From contig OX597826.1 of the NCBI GenBank assembly GCA_951406725.2, positions 20,026,001 to 20,090,000 on the forward strand: 64,000 nt of DNA, read 5' to 3'. A program made the position numbers and the translations under genes. Shown in pieces: positions 50,880 through 63,967 of this stretch (its first letter is position 1; every line of letters begins with the position of its first letter). Under the pieces are notes generated by a model. That model made no database searches. It was not told the DNA's origin and worked only from the letters and a program-made list of their open reading frames with translations. The DNA is from Octopus vulgaris. Taxonomy: Eukaryota.

Positions 50880-53800
50880 ATAGCTACATCTTGCAAATAC
50901 TACAAGGACCAGCTTAGTAAACTAGTTAAGCGGAAGTTGATGGGGTCTATCGTTAACAATCGGTCGTGGATCGCTTTGGAGAGAGCGATTAGAGTAAAAT
51001 CGATAGCATTTCGCAAAGATCTAGCTAGAGAAAGAAATAGATTAAAAGAAGAACTAGTTAGCGAACTAGAAGAGGCTCTTAGTAAAGGCATCCTGACAGA
51101 CGAGTTAACGGCGAGAATGGTCCTTCACCATTTCTTTGAGGCGAAACACGAAGGGTGCGTTGTCAGAGCTAAGGCCTGTGCGTTAAAACACGAAAAAACT
51201 AAAAAAAACTAAAAAACTAAAGCCGTCCGATGAGTAGAGACGCGACATGGAAACAAAATCACGATCAAGTCTTTGACGGATCAAGACAGACGTGTGCTAC
51301 TTGGTTCTGAGCAGATGTGTGCAGCTTTCCTGCAGCACTTTGCGCGGCTGTTTGGGGAGGGTGATGGGGTGACAATGATAGTGAAATTTTCTTCGTACCT
51401 AGACGGCCTACCACGGCTCTCGATAAAGGACACGAGATTCTTCGAAAAGCCGATTACAGCCTCTGGAATACGAGAGATGATGAGCGATTGCATAAGTCGC
51501 AAATCATCCTGTTTGGAATTCATAGTGTTGTTAGCCAGGGTGTGGTAACATTGCTGAGAAAGACGCCGACAATGGGGACGTGCTGGGGAATTTACGGTCC
51601 ATAACTCTGCTAAACACAGAGTTTAACATTTTGGCCAAGGTGTTAGCGAAAAGGTTGGCGCTTGTCGTTTGTAGTCAGGTCTGTGAAGCACAAACATGCG
51701 AAATCCCGAGCAGGTCTATCCACGACAATCTCCACCTAATGTGATACATCGTAGAGAGGGCTGGGACTAAAGCTGGCCTCGGTAGGGCCCTGATCAATTT
51801 AGATCAGACGAAAGCTTTCGATAGGGTAGAACATCGCTACTTGGACGCCGTCATTAAAGCAGCTGGTTTCAGACCCGTTTTCAGTGGCTGGATTGCTGCA
51901 ATGCACAACGGTACCTGCTCGGTGATCAAAGTAAATTGCCGCCTATCGGAACCGTTTAGTATTGTACATTCAGTCCGTCAGAGATGCCCTCTATCACCTC
52001 TTCTGTATGTGCTGGCTCTCGATCCACTGCTGCAGAAGTTGGAACAGTTCAGAGGCCTGCCTTTCGAAATTGGACTGGGGAGGGTAGTGTCTCCATACGC
52101 GGACGGCGTCACCGTCATGGTGTCGGCGCCTCCGAACTGGAGATGGTCAGCTCCTTTGTAAAGGAATATGAGTCGGTTGTAGGGGCTAAAATCAAAGCTG
52201 ACAATACGGTGGGATTGCGACTGGGTATCTGGGATGGCAGATTGTCGTCGGACGCTGGGCTGACGGGCCAGTTAAACTGCTCGGTGTCTGGTTTGGTCCC
52301 GACTTCCAGGTAGATAAGAATAGGGAAGAGATGACGAACAGGGTGACTTCACTTGCCCAGAAATGGGCCGAGAGGAAGTTGTCCCTGAAAGGTCGGGCAA
52401 AGGTGGTGAATGCCTACATCGCCTCTATCTCGTGCCTGCCCCATTTACTGCTTGATTAGATTGGAGCGTATCCTATTTAATTTCTTGAAGAAAGGACGCC
52501 TTCCAATGGTCAAGCAGTCGGTCTGCTACCAACCTCCTTTTCGTGGCGGCTTAGGCATTCCATGGCTTTTAATGCGCAAACACGCACTCAAGTTGCGCCA
52601 CCTGCAGCGATTTCTAGAAGGATAGGCAGAAACTGGGTGCCTGGGACTTGGAATGTTGTCAGGCGCTCAAGTCGGGCAATAGGATCAGTGGATGTTCCAC
52701 TTTAGATATTTACAGAGGATTAGTAGCGGGGAAGTGCGACGATGTTTTCGGGAAGAACCTAGGCGTCGACAAAGAATTGGGGCGAAGTGACAGACAGGGT
52801 GGATCGTCTAACCCAGAAATGGGCCATGAGGAAGCTGTCCCTGAAAGGTAGGGCGGCGATGGCGAATGTGTACCGTTATATACTACCGCCAGACTATCTT
52901 CCCTTGCCCTGCTTCGTAGATGAACGGGCTAGTGCGTTTGCTCTTCCGCTTCCTATGGAAGGGAGAGATACCGCTTGACAGACGGTATCTTTGCTGCCAG
53001 TACCCGTTGCGTGGAGGACTGGGCATGCTGTGACTGAGGATGTGCAGACATGTGCTCAGGCTGCAACATCTTCAGAGATACCTCAACGGTCGGCAGGCTT
53101 GGTTGCCATTTGTTGAGCACACTTCTCCGCAGCTCATCTCCTTGACGGAGCTACAGTCCTGGAGCAAGCGTAGACCCAGGTAGAGCGCTTGGAACCTAAA
53201 GTGTCTCCAAGCGCACAGGTCTCTCGGCCAGTCAGGCAATGTGGTCGGTGGACGTTCCACTTTGGAGTTCTATAGGGGATCAGTGGAGAGCAAGAATAAC
53301 GTACTCGGAGAGGTCGTGGGCATCGGAGGGAGGATAAACTGGTTGGTCTTTTCCGGAGGATTTTCCTGACGGTAACTATTGATAACTTCCAGAAATCCCT
53401 GACCTGGCAGTGTTACTGGGAGGCGCTGCCAGTTCGAGATAAGCTCTGCAGGCACGAGTGTGCAGTTAGTCGGGCTTGTCTGAGATGCACGCGGAGCGAT
53501 GAAACCGTTCTGCATGTTCTTGTACAGTGTCCGCGCATTACTGACTTGTGGAGCTTTGTCGAACAGTTATTGTCATGTGCAAGGAGGATCCGGCTATCGC
53601 CCGAGTCCATTGCGAAGATCATCCCACCTTCTTCCTTTGCCCGGGAAGGGAGAGCAATTTTTCTCTGACTGGTGGACGCGATCGAAAAGGTTGAAGATGG
53701 GTACCTTCTTCTTTGGCCAAGGCCTCATTGGATTTTTCAGGTTCCATCAGAAAAGGAAAGGTTCCATCAAAAAAGAAAGAGGGGGATACTGTCACCCAGT

Positions 53801-54062
53801 AAGTTCGTTGAAAGGTGGGTGAATGTGGTAAGAATGGCCCGCGTTAATGGGCCTACTCTAAGTATGCGCCTGTAGGCTGGATAGAAGGGAGAGTAGAGGT
53901 GCCTTGCTGAAGAACCTTTGGTGTTAAGGGGTCTAAAGTGCGTGAGGTCTCTTTCATCATCTTACGGTGGAGAAGCATAATGTTGATTTAATCTCTTTGT
54001 TAATCGTTTAACCACACTGTTCCTTTATGTGTTGTGTTCGGCCTTGGTGGCCAATAAATAAA
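50880..54062 (+). mobile_element. L1/Tx1-like LINE ORF2 relic (two joined pieces, junction ~52775) with 3' UTR
   Basis: ITLLNTEFNILAKVLAKRL, LINLDQTKAFDRVEH, VRQRCPLSPLLY, YADGVT, RKLSLKGRA (twice), CLRC..ETVLHVLVQC; ends GGCCTTGGTGGCCAATAAA. Confidence 0.9.
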
Positions 54063-54077
54063 GTATTATTATCGTTA

Positions 54078-54546
54078 TTGAGTGAGAGAGCAGTGCATGC
54101 CATCAAAGTGACACTACGATAAAATATACGAAGCCCGGTATACCCATCATGACTACCCGTCTGATAATGGTACACCAGGCACATGCATCACAACCATATA
54201 TGCGCGACATGGTGATCTCATATCAAGATAAACAGCACATGACCTTGTAAGTAGGACCCAGTTAGAATTTCCTTCAGGTCGAGTAGCCCATCCCGCTCAA
54301 AAGGTCCCTGAATAAGGGTTGTTTAAGAATGTTGAACGAAACACCCATATTTCCAAAAGTGAATTATCCAAACCCCAAAGAATTCCTCTCAACACATGGC
54401 TATGATGTTTTCCCGCTACTTCTGCTCGTGATCAGAGATGAACATATAAGTGAGCCACTAAGGGATATGCTCAACTTGTTAAGTTCAGACAACAATGTAC
54501 ATGATAACGCTTTCAATCAGTTAAGATTAGAAGCCATGGGAGCCAC

Positions 54547-54548
<2 letters not shown>
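54078..54548 (-). mobile_element. ~555-bp (TAA)n-embedded retroposon, copy 2 (internally deleted, 5'-shortened)
   Basis: Aligns with 55609-56166. Confidence 0.85.
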
Positions 54549-54597
<49 letters not shown>

Positions 54598-54599
<2 letters not shown>

Positions 54600-55550
54600 T
54601 GTTTGACTTTTGCTTTATGTCTGTACAAGTTGGCTCCAAGTCTCACCCAGAGACCTCTAGAGACGACAGGTTGGAAGTTCTGTGCCATATATTTGGGTTT
54701 TTTTTTTTTTTGGTGTTGTACTAGTGAATGTCTAATACATAAAAATTAAAAAAAAATTTTTTTTAAATAAAATAAAATAAAATAAATAAATAAATAAAAG
54801 TTTGTTTTAAACCTTGGGATTACATAGAGAGTATTTTGCGTAGGATATGAGCAGTTCCCATGAGCACTATCTTTTGAATTTCTGCCATTTTGGGTTTTCC
54901 TGGTATCTGAGTTAGGTAGCAATTAGTCCCTTTCGCTATCATTCCCAGGGCACCTATGACAACAGGTATTGTTTTAGTCTTCAGCTTCCACATTTTGCTG
55001 ATTTCTATTTCAAGATCTTTATATTTGCTCAGTTTTTGGTAGGTCTTGACAGATACGTTTATATCGATTGGGACAGTCATATCAATGAGGAGGCATGTTC
55101 TTTGTCTGAAGTCTTTCAATATGATGTCTGGCCTATTTGCATCTATCTTCCTGTCAGTTTGAATGGTGAAGTTCCAGAGGAGTGAGATGTGGTCATTTTC
55201 AAGCACTGGAGGTGGATTGTGTTCCCACCAGTTTTTTTCATTGGGCAAATCCAGGTTTTTGCAAATTACCCAGTGAATATATTGTGCAGCTCTATCATGC
55301 CTGTTGAGGTACTCTGTAGGCGCTAGAAGACTGCATTTCGAGACAACATGATCAATGGTTTCATTTTGTTGTCGGTATACACGACATGTTGGGCTACTGC
55401 CGTTCTTTAATATGTTGGCCTAGTAGTTTCTTGTTGGTAGGCATTGATCTTGAGCTGCTATGATAAACCCCTCTGTTTCAGATTTTAAGCCAGAGGCCAT
55501 TAGCCATTGATGGGTCAGGGCTTTGTCAATATCTGCATTATTCGCTCTCT
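54598..55550 (-). mobile_element. Dong/R4-like LINE 3' portion inserted in (TAA)n, RLE domain well preserved
   Basis: LKSETEGFIIAAQDQ; ETIDHVVSKC; NRPDIILKD..LIDMTVP..KLSKYKDLEIE..PVVIGALG; (TAA)n on both flanks. Confidence 0.92.
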
Positions 55551-55561
55551 TTATTATTATG

Positions 55562-55608
<47 letters not shown>

Positions 55609-55609
<1 letters not shown>

Positions 55610-56163
55610 GAGTGAGAGAGCAGTTCATGCCATCAAAGTGACACTGGGGTAAAATATACGAAGCCCAATATACCCATCATGACTACCCGTCTGATAAAGG
55701 TACACCAGGCACATGCATCACAACCATATGAGCGCGACATGGTGATCTCATATCAAGATAAACAGCACATGACCTTGCAGGTGGGGCCCAGTTAGAATTT
55801 TCTTCAGGTCGAGTAGCCCATCCCGCTCAAACGGTCCCTGAATAAGGGTTGTTTAAGGATGTTGAAAAAACCACCCATGTTTCCAGAACCGAATTATTCA
55901 AACCCCAAAGAATCCCTCTCAACACATGGCTATGATGTTTTCCCACTACTTCTGCTCGTGATCAGAGATGCACATATCGTCAGCCACTAAGGGACATGCT
56001 CAACTGGTTAAGGTCAAACAACTGACAAGCAAATCTGTAGTATTGAGCAGAATATTTGCTGTAGCCCATCTTTTATACCAAGACAAAACAATGTACATGA
56101 TGACACTTCCAATCAGTTAAGATCAGAAGCCATGAGAGCCACTACCTGGTACTGCATCAGGGC

Positions 56164-56166
<3 letters not shown>
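55609..56166 (-). mobile_element. ~555-bp (TAA)n-embedded retroposon, copy 3 (apparently full length)
   Basis: (TAA)n on both flanks; same 5' end ATGCCCTGATGCAGTACCAGG as copy 1. Confidence 0.88.
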
Positions 56167-56242
<76 letters not shown>

Positions 56243-56829
56243 TTAATTATTATTATTGTTCGTTTATCAACACTTGTCGTACATCGCTGCATAAGTTTTG
56301 CTACTATTCATATTGTTATACATTGTTTTACATTGTACATTAGTTATTTTTAGTTAGTTGAACAAACCAGGACCTTGGGGAACTGGTTAGTTATTTCCCA
56401 TTTGTAGCCCCTTTTGGGGATTTGTTTGGGTTAAAACATCCCTTTCGTTTCGCTAAAATCAAAGATAGCGAACGAAAATCGCCCGTCGTCTGAAAAGAAT
56501 AGCAGATTATCAGCAAGACAGAACAGCCAAGTTGAACTTGACACTTTCGCAGCGGAAGCAGCCAAAATCAGACCACGATTCAACCTCACAAACAAAGATG
56601 AAAAGTTGGCTGAAGCCTGGTAACTCATCAAACACGAGCAGACCTGGGCCAGCTTCACTGTCCCGGCAGAGAACTTCGAAGCAGTGGAGGGAAGAACGGT
56701 ACATTTCAGATGCATCTTAGCAGAGACGCAGAAAGCTGCTTTAATGGCACCTTTCCACTCCTGGGTACTGTGAAAGGCAGATAACTTCAGTCGAAATTCA
56801 AGATGCCTTTGTCGGTTGCACGATTTGGA

Positions 56830-58070
56830 TTGTCTATCCTATGAGTTTACGTGAATATGCCAGACTTGTTCTCTGATCTCCTCGAAGCGCTCTTCTGCAA
56901 CATGCAGCAGAACGGGAGTATTCCCAGTTCTGTGAGCCGGGGTGTAGTGACGTGATAAGGGAAGACGAAATCAAGAGGGACACAGATAAATTCAGGCCCA
57001 TAATTCTGCTCAACACAGAGTTTAAGATTTTAGCCAAGGTGTTTGCGAAGAGGTTGGTGTTTGTCGTCGAGGATTTGGTTGGGAAAGAGCAAACCTGCGC
57101 AAACCCGACCAGGTCCATACACGACAACCTCCACCTCATGCAATATATCACAGAAAGAGTTCTGTATAAACCTGACTTCGGTGGGGTTTTGATCAATTTA
57201 GATCAATTAAAAGCATTCGACAGAGTTGACCATCGGTACCTAGGGGCTATCTTCATGGAAGCTGGCTTCGGCCCCGTCATCAGAGCTTGGATTTGTTCGA
57301 TGGTCAAAGTTTACGGTCACCTCTCGGAACCGTTTCAGATCTCCCGATCGGTCCGTTAAGGGTGCCCTTTCTCTCCCTTCTATACGTATTGACTCCTGAG
57401 CCTTTACTGTGGAAGCTGGAGCTACTGCAGCGCATCCCGCTCGAACCGGGACGCGGAAGGTCTGTGTCGGTTTATGCGGACGACCATCACAGTGATGGTG
57501 TCGGACACCTTAGAAATCGAGGTGGTCGGCACATCATTGGAGGAATATGAAAAGTTGACAGGAGCAAAGCCTAACCCGGAAAAGTTGGTGGGCTTGCAGC
57601 TCGGTACCTGGAGAAGCAAGTCTATGCCGTCCAACAGCGCTGGATGGACGGACCGGTAAAGTTGCTTGGGGTCTGGCTCGGACCAGACCTCCAAGTGGAT
57701 AGGAATTGGGACGAGGTGACGAGCAGAGTAGCCAGTCTCCTCCAGAAATGGGATGCGAGGAAGCTGTCACCTAAAGGTCGTGCGGAGGTGGCGAATACGT
57801 ACATCGCATCTGTCATCTACTATCGCCTAACCGTCGTGCCTTGCCCCCAATCGCGTCTCGCCAAGTTGGAGAGCCTCCTCTTCGAATTCTTGTGGAGGGG
57901 ACAGGTTCCGTTCGTGTGGCGGTCCATCTACGCGGAGGGCTGAGAATGCTGTGGCTAATGATACGTACACATGCGCTGAGCCTGCGGCATCTCCAGATAT
58001 TCTGCCAAAACAGTGAACAGGTGTGGTCGCCGTTTGTCAAACAGGCCTTTCCCCAGCTCGTCTCCTTGAC
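56830..58070 (+). mobile_element. L1/Tx1-like RT fragment (possible ORF1 remnant upstream at 56430-56760; inverted RT piece at 58070-58292)
   Basis: FRPIILLNTEFKILAK, LINLDQLKAFDRVDH, YADD, RKLSPKGRAEVAN; minus-strand SKAFDRVD at ~58270-58290. Confidence 0.88.
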
Positions 58071-58317
58071 TGTTTGTGCAGTAGTGGCTCGAGAGTCAGT
58101 GCGTACAAGAGAGACAAGAGGTGACCTTGCTGGACCGAGTGCACGATGTCGAACGGCTCTGTAGGGTGATCGTTCACTCTGACCACTGAACAGATATCGT
58201 TGTTCATTGCAACGATCCAGTCCCAAATCCAGGCCCGAAACCAGCCGCCTTGAGGACCGCCGCTAGGTCGACCCTATCGAAAGCTTTAGACATCTTATAA
58301 AATCTCCAGGTTGACAG

Positions 58318-58489
<172 letters not shown>

Positions 58490-58719
58490 TACTACTACTA
58501 CAACAACAACTACTACTACTACTATGGCCGTCAGCCTGACAAGACTCGCTTGACCTCGATCCGTAGATTTTATAAGGAAAAAACACAAAATAATGTATTT
58601 GCACCCTTCAAGTTTATACCATCGGGGACAACAAGTTATTGCTGTCTTGTGGCGAGTTTATTTTCCTGATTTGTCCCCTAGTTTGAGGGGACAAGTCAAT
58701 TAATTTTGCTTTTTTAATT

Positions 58720-59310
58720 ATAGTTGTTTGCGTTTTCCCCACCGACATGGAGAAAACACAAACACGGTGACGCTCATATGTGAAAGAGTGAGGAGCGGCA
58801 CCAAACGTCAGTGAGAGAGAGAGAATGCACGCGGAGCGACTTCGGGCTGGAAGAAAGAACAGACGACAGCTGTATTCTTGTCGAAAAAAAGGACAAAACA
58901 TCCAACTGAGGCAACTTTTTGGAGAAGGATCTCGTAGAAGATCTTCGGAAAAGTAGAGTCTCCGTTTTTGACTACATTGTTCGAAACAAGAAGAGCAATT
59001 ATTGAAAATGCAAACAATGAGAGCCCTTCCGTGAGCGAAGCAACGGACGTGTTGAGTACAAGTAACAACAATAGCAAGAACAAAAACAGCAGCAACAACA
59101 TCAGCAGCACCATCAACAACCACAACAACAACAACAACGACGACGACAGCAACAAAAGCTACAACAACAATGACAAAAAACAATGAAGGACTGAGACACA
59201 AACCGGTGCAACGGCTTGGATTAGTTCTTCTAAACTTTCTTTCGCTGGAGCAACCAAGTCATCTCTTCAGAGAGTACAATTCTCTGAAGAAGAACTTAAA
59301 AATGCTAGAC
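58720..59310 (+). mobile_element. 5' UTR / ORF1 start of the L1/Tx1-like family
   Basis: Diverged reverse complement of 60390-60870 (GTTTGCGTTTTCCCC..GACGCTCAT..(CAA)n). Confidence 0.7.
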
Positions 59311-59316
59311 AACTAA

Positions 59317-60870
59317 TCAAGTGAAACGGAATAGCTCTCCTCCCCTATCTGCTAAACCCACACAGTCCCACCATATATCTAAAACTCCATCCCAATCTCC
59401 CACAAGCACTAAAGAGCGGGACGTTCTCAAGAAAGTTTCCAGATGCCTGAAGAAATCTAGCCGTCCTGCCCTTGTCGGGACATAGACAGCAACTAGTCTG
59501 AAAGCATGTCCTTCGCTGCCGGCTACCTCCAGCACCATTGATTTACCTTCCGGATCCAGGAAGATCATCCGATTTGAAAGATCCAGATTTTTCCGAACCA
59601 CTCCTCATCGCGGTCAAACTCTCTACATGTGATGTCCACTCGCTCGGTGTCCGGAAGTGGATTATCTTCGGGCGCTGAGAAATGTTTCGGGGAACTCGGT
59701 GTCGGTATGTTTGGTAATGGTGCTGCTGCTGTTGTCTGGTGGCTGTTGTTGGTGTTGGGAGGTGAGGTACCCGGCTCTCTTTTTCCCTCAATTTAGGGCA
59801 GAAGGGTTTTAGATGAGTGGTTGAAAGTTAAATGTGACACTTTGCCTTTCTTCCACCCACTCTGACTGGAATGACGCTGCCTCCAGGAAGATGGATCTGG
59901 CCTGGGATGAGATTCACATTCTTTTGGGTTGTTTGAATGAGGAGTTCTATGGTCTTCCCGGACCAGTTCTCCTTTTTTTGGTTTGATAGACTTCGAAGAT
60001 TTCCGACTTGGAAATGTGGCCTATGGTGACTGCAACAATTAGACATGTTTTCTGGCGACACCTGTTGTATGATTATTTCGATTACTCTGGCTGCAGTAGA
60101 AGGCAAACATCAACAGCTCCTTGCTTTTGAGGGTTTTGAGAGAGTGAGGTTTAGCTTCCTCTTCTATGTGGAATTTCACCTCCCCCATCCCGTAGCCCCT
60201 TCCTCTCTCCAGACGGAACCTAAAGCTTTTTGTATTTGAACCTCTGTGGCTCTTTCCATCTTCCTTGGCTTTAATCCAATTGTACGGTACGTCACTGTGC
60301 GTCACAAAGTACTTTGGATAGTGTCTATGGGAGTGTTTAGCTTGACAGCTCACTCATCTCGCTCGACTTACTGTCTGGCATTTCTAACTTCCTCTTCAGA
60401 AAATTTTATTCCCTAAAGAGAGGACTTGGTAGCACTTACGAAGGAAAGTTTAGTGCTATTCCAAGCCGCCGCACCGGCTTGTTGCTCAGCTCCGTCGTCG
60501 TTCTTATCGTTGTTGTTGCAGCTATTGTTGTTGTCACCTCTGCTATTGTTGTTGTTGTTGTTGTTGTTGCTGCTGGTGCTGCTGTTGTTCTTGTTTTTGT
60601 ATTATTGCTATTGCTGCTGTTGTGTGGTTTCTATTTTGAACAATGTTGTCGAAGATGGAACCATTGTTTTTTCAAAGGTCTTTTAAGCGATCTTTCTGTC
60701 ATTTTTCTGCTTTTTAACGATAAAAACAAACGTGTCGCCATAGCTTGCCGCACTCGCACTCTCTCTTATTAACGTTTGCGGATGCTCCTCATTTTCACCC
60801 CCCCTCTCTCACACATGAGCGTCGCCGTACTCTGTTGTGTTCTCTCGTTGTTGGGGAAAACGCAAACAAA
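59317..60870 (-). mobile_element. L1/Tx1-like LINE 5' portion (5' UTR, ORF1 relic, APE start)
   Basis: VRVGGRKAKCHI*..H..CP knuckle relic; FRLVAVYVP..LVLVGDWD. Confidence 0.82.
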
Positions 60871-61059
60871 CTTTTGATTAAAAAAATCAACTCAGATCCA
60901 TTGCCTTCCATGCACTGTGCATTCGTGTTCTGACAGGCACGCCATTCGCATCCACTAGGGTTCTCCGGTAGTAACACTCCATAACCATCATGTTTACTTG
61001 TTTACTCCACTTATCAGTAATAAAACACGGTCCACTGTTTTATTACTGATATTAGAATG

Positions 61060-61772
61060 GAATTTGGACTCAGGATACAAATATCTTGGTGTACTAGTGT
61101 CCAACGAGATAATGAAAAAGGAAATAAAAGAGCAACTGAGGGTGGAGTATTTCCAAAGACTGAGGTTGGTGCTGCGCTCAACATTGACTGGATGGAATAA
61201 AATCCAAGCAGTTAATACGTGGGTGATAGCATAACTTTGGTATGGAGCGGCAATTATAAAATAGCAAAAGAAGTGATAAAGATGGATACCAAGACCAGGA
61301 AAATGTTGACAGTACAAGGAGCCTTCCACCTTAAGAGTGACACCAATAGGCCGTACTTGTCCAGAAGAAAGGGTGGGAGAGGTTTGATCAGTTGCCAGGA
61401 CTGTACCGAAGCGGAGAAGAAAACAGCTTAGGGCGGTATATAAAAATGCCGTGGAGTCATTGTTGAAACATACGAAGAAGGCTGGCGGCATCAAAACTGA
61501 AAATTGTGTAACAAAAGACAAATTTTAGCTAGAAATGGACAGAAAAAAAGGAAAAAGTATGGAAGGAAAAAAGTGTACGGCCAGTTTTCAGATGTGAACA
61601 CCAAGAGAGGACCGGTGGCTATGGATGAGGAGGGGTGTCCTGAAGATAGAGACAAAAACACTCATATGCGCAGCTCAGGAACAAGCGTTAAGGGGCAGAA
61701 TGGACAACACTACAGACAAATGCAGAATGTGTGGTGTGAGGGGTGAAACGGTATGGCACATCGTTAACGAGT
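61060..61772 (+). mobile_element. R4/Dong-like LINE fragment (RT thumb to CCHC)
   Basis: YKYLGV, NKIQAVNTW, DTKTRKML..YLSRRKGGRGL, LICAAQEQAL, CRMCG..ETVWHIV. Confidence 0.88.
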
Positions 61773-62755
61773 GGGGAGGGGAGGAGGGGGAGGAAGAGGA
61801 GGAAGAGGAAGAGGAGGGGAGGAAGGGGTGGAAGGAGGGGAGGGGAGGGGATGGAAGGGGTAGGGAGGGGATGAGGTGGGAGGGGGGAAGAGGAGGAAGA
61901 GAAAGAGGATGGGTGGAAGAGGAGGAGGGGGAGAGGAAGAGGAAGAGGAGCAGGGGGAGATACAGCAAGAGGAGGAGGAAGATGAAGCGGAAGAAGAAGA
62001 AGAAGAGGAAGTGGTAGAGGAAGAGGAAAAGGAAGAGGAGGAGGAGGAGGAGGAAGAGGAAGAGGAGGAGGAGGAGGAAGAATGAAGAAGAAGAAGAAGA
62101 AGAGGAAGAGGATGAAGAATAGAGGCATAAGGAGGAGGAGAAGAAGAAGAAGAAGAAGAAGAAGAAGAGGAGGTAGAAGGGGAAAATAAAGAAGAAGAAG
62201 AAGAAGAAGAAGAAGAAGAAGAAGAAGAAGAAGAGGAGGCAGAAGAGGAGGATGAGGAAGAAGAAGAAGATGAGGCAGAAGGGGAGGATGAGGAAGAAGA
62301 AGAAGAGGAGGCAGAAGGGGAGGATGAGGAAGAAGAAGAGGGGGCAGAAGAGGAGGATGAGGAAGAAGAAGAGGGGGCAGAAGAGGAGGATGAGGAGGAA
62401 GAAGAAGAGAAGAGGAGGATGAGGAAGAAGAAGAGGGGGCAGAAGAGGAGGATGAGGAAGAAGAAGAAGAAGAGAGGAGGAGGAGGAGGAGGAGGAGGAG
62501 GAGGAGGAGGAAAAGGAAGAAGAAGAAGAAGAAGAAGAAGAAGAAGAAGAAGAGGAGGAGGAGGAGGAGGAGGAGGAAGGGGAAGAAGAAGAAGAAGAAG
62601 AAGAAGAAGAAGAGGAGGAGGAGGAGGAGGAGGAAGAAGAAGAAGAAGAAGAAGAAGAAGAAGAAGAAGAAGAAGAAGAAGAAGAAGAAGAAGAAGAAGA
62701 AGAAGAAGAAGAAGAAGAAGAAGAAGAAGAAGAAGAAGAAGAAGAAGAGGAGGAT
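61773..62755 (+). repeat. polypurine (GAA/GGA)n low-complexity tract with 30-33 bp higher-order repeats
   Basis: Units like GAAGAAGAAGAGGGGGCAGAAGAGGAGGATGAG at ~62230-62460. Confidence 0.95.
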
Positions 62756-63225
62756 GCTCTAGTTAGTCTTAAATCTGACTTCTTCTCACTTACTACTTCT
62801 TTCCTCCCTTTCTTTAACCAAACTGCATCTTCATTATAATTGACTGGCTCATCCCAAATATTACTCCAGTGTCTCATCTTCAGTACCTTCTTCTCCACTA
62901 CTTTTGCTTATTAAATTTCCTCTAATCTGTCTCAATTAATCTATTCTGTTGATACTGATGTATTCTTTTCTGATATCTGGAAAGCTTACCTGCTGCTCTT
63001 ATGATACGCAGTTTCAATGGTCCTATGACGGTCCCAAATCCTTCCTCCTTGACTAAGTGTCTCTTCTCAAGAGAAGATTTAAATCTTGTGTTTCCCAGTT
63101 TGTTCAGTTTCCAGGCTTCTTTTCTCCTCGAATCTTGTCTTAAAGTCTTCAATTAATTTTGTAGTTTCCTTTTTCAAATTTGCTCTTTTCTAATCTTACC
63201 TTATGGAATATCTAATCTTCAAGTA
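62756..63225 (-). mobile_element. R4/Dong-like LINE N-terminal fragment
   Basis: KLSRYQKRIHQYQQNRLIETD; WSNIWDEPVNYNEDAVWL. Confidence 0.8.
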
Positions 63226-63935
63226 ACTCCTCCTCCTCCCCCGCCCCCTTCTTGCTCCTCTTCCTCCTCTTCCTCCCAAACCCCCTTCCTCCACTTCCCC
63301 CTTCCTACTCTACCTCCCCTTCCTCCTCTGCCTCCTCTTCTTCCTCTTCTTCCCCCTCTTCCTCCTCTTCTTCCCCTTCCTCCCCTTCCTCCTCCCCATC
63401 CTCTTCTTCTTCTTCCCCTTCCTCCCCTTCCTCCTCCCCATCCTCCTCTTCTTCTTCCCCTTCCTCCTCTTCTTCTTCTTCCCCTTCCTCCCCTTCCTCC
63501 TCCCCATCCTCCTCTTCTTCTTCCCCTTCCTCTTCTTCTTCTTCTTCCCCTTCCTCCCCTTCCTCCTCCCCTTCCTCCTCCCCATCCTCCTCTTCTTCTT
63601 CCCCTTCCTCCTCTTATTCCTCCTCCCCTTCCTCTTCTTCTTCTTCTTTCCCTTCCCCTTCCTCTTCCTCTTCTTCTTCTTCTTCCCCTTCCCCTTCCTC
63701 TTCTTCTTCTTTCCCTTCCCCTTCCCCTTCCTCTTCTTCTTCTTCCCCTTCCTCTTCCCCTTCTTCTTCTTCTTCTTCTTCCCCTTCCCCTTCCCCTTCC
63801 ACTTCTTCTTCCCCTTCCTCTTCTTCTTCTTCTTCTTCTTCTTCCCCTTCCCCTTCCCCTTCCACTTCTTCTTCCCCTTCCTCTTCTTCTTCTTCTTCTT
63901 CTTCTTCGTCCCCTTCCGCTTCTTCTTCCATTTCC

Positions 63936-63967
<32 letters not shown>

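Noticed and set aside
61675-62898. 407-aa Ser/Leu/Phe-rich ORF and neighbouring Glu- or Arg-rich ORFs
   Set aside because: Translation of (GAA/GGA)n low-complexity DNA fused to LINE fragments.
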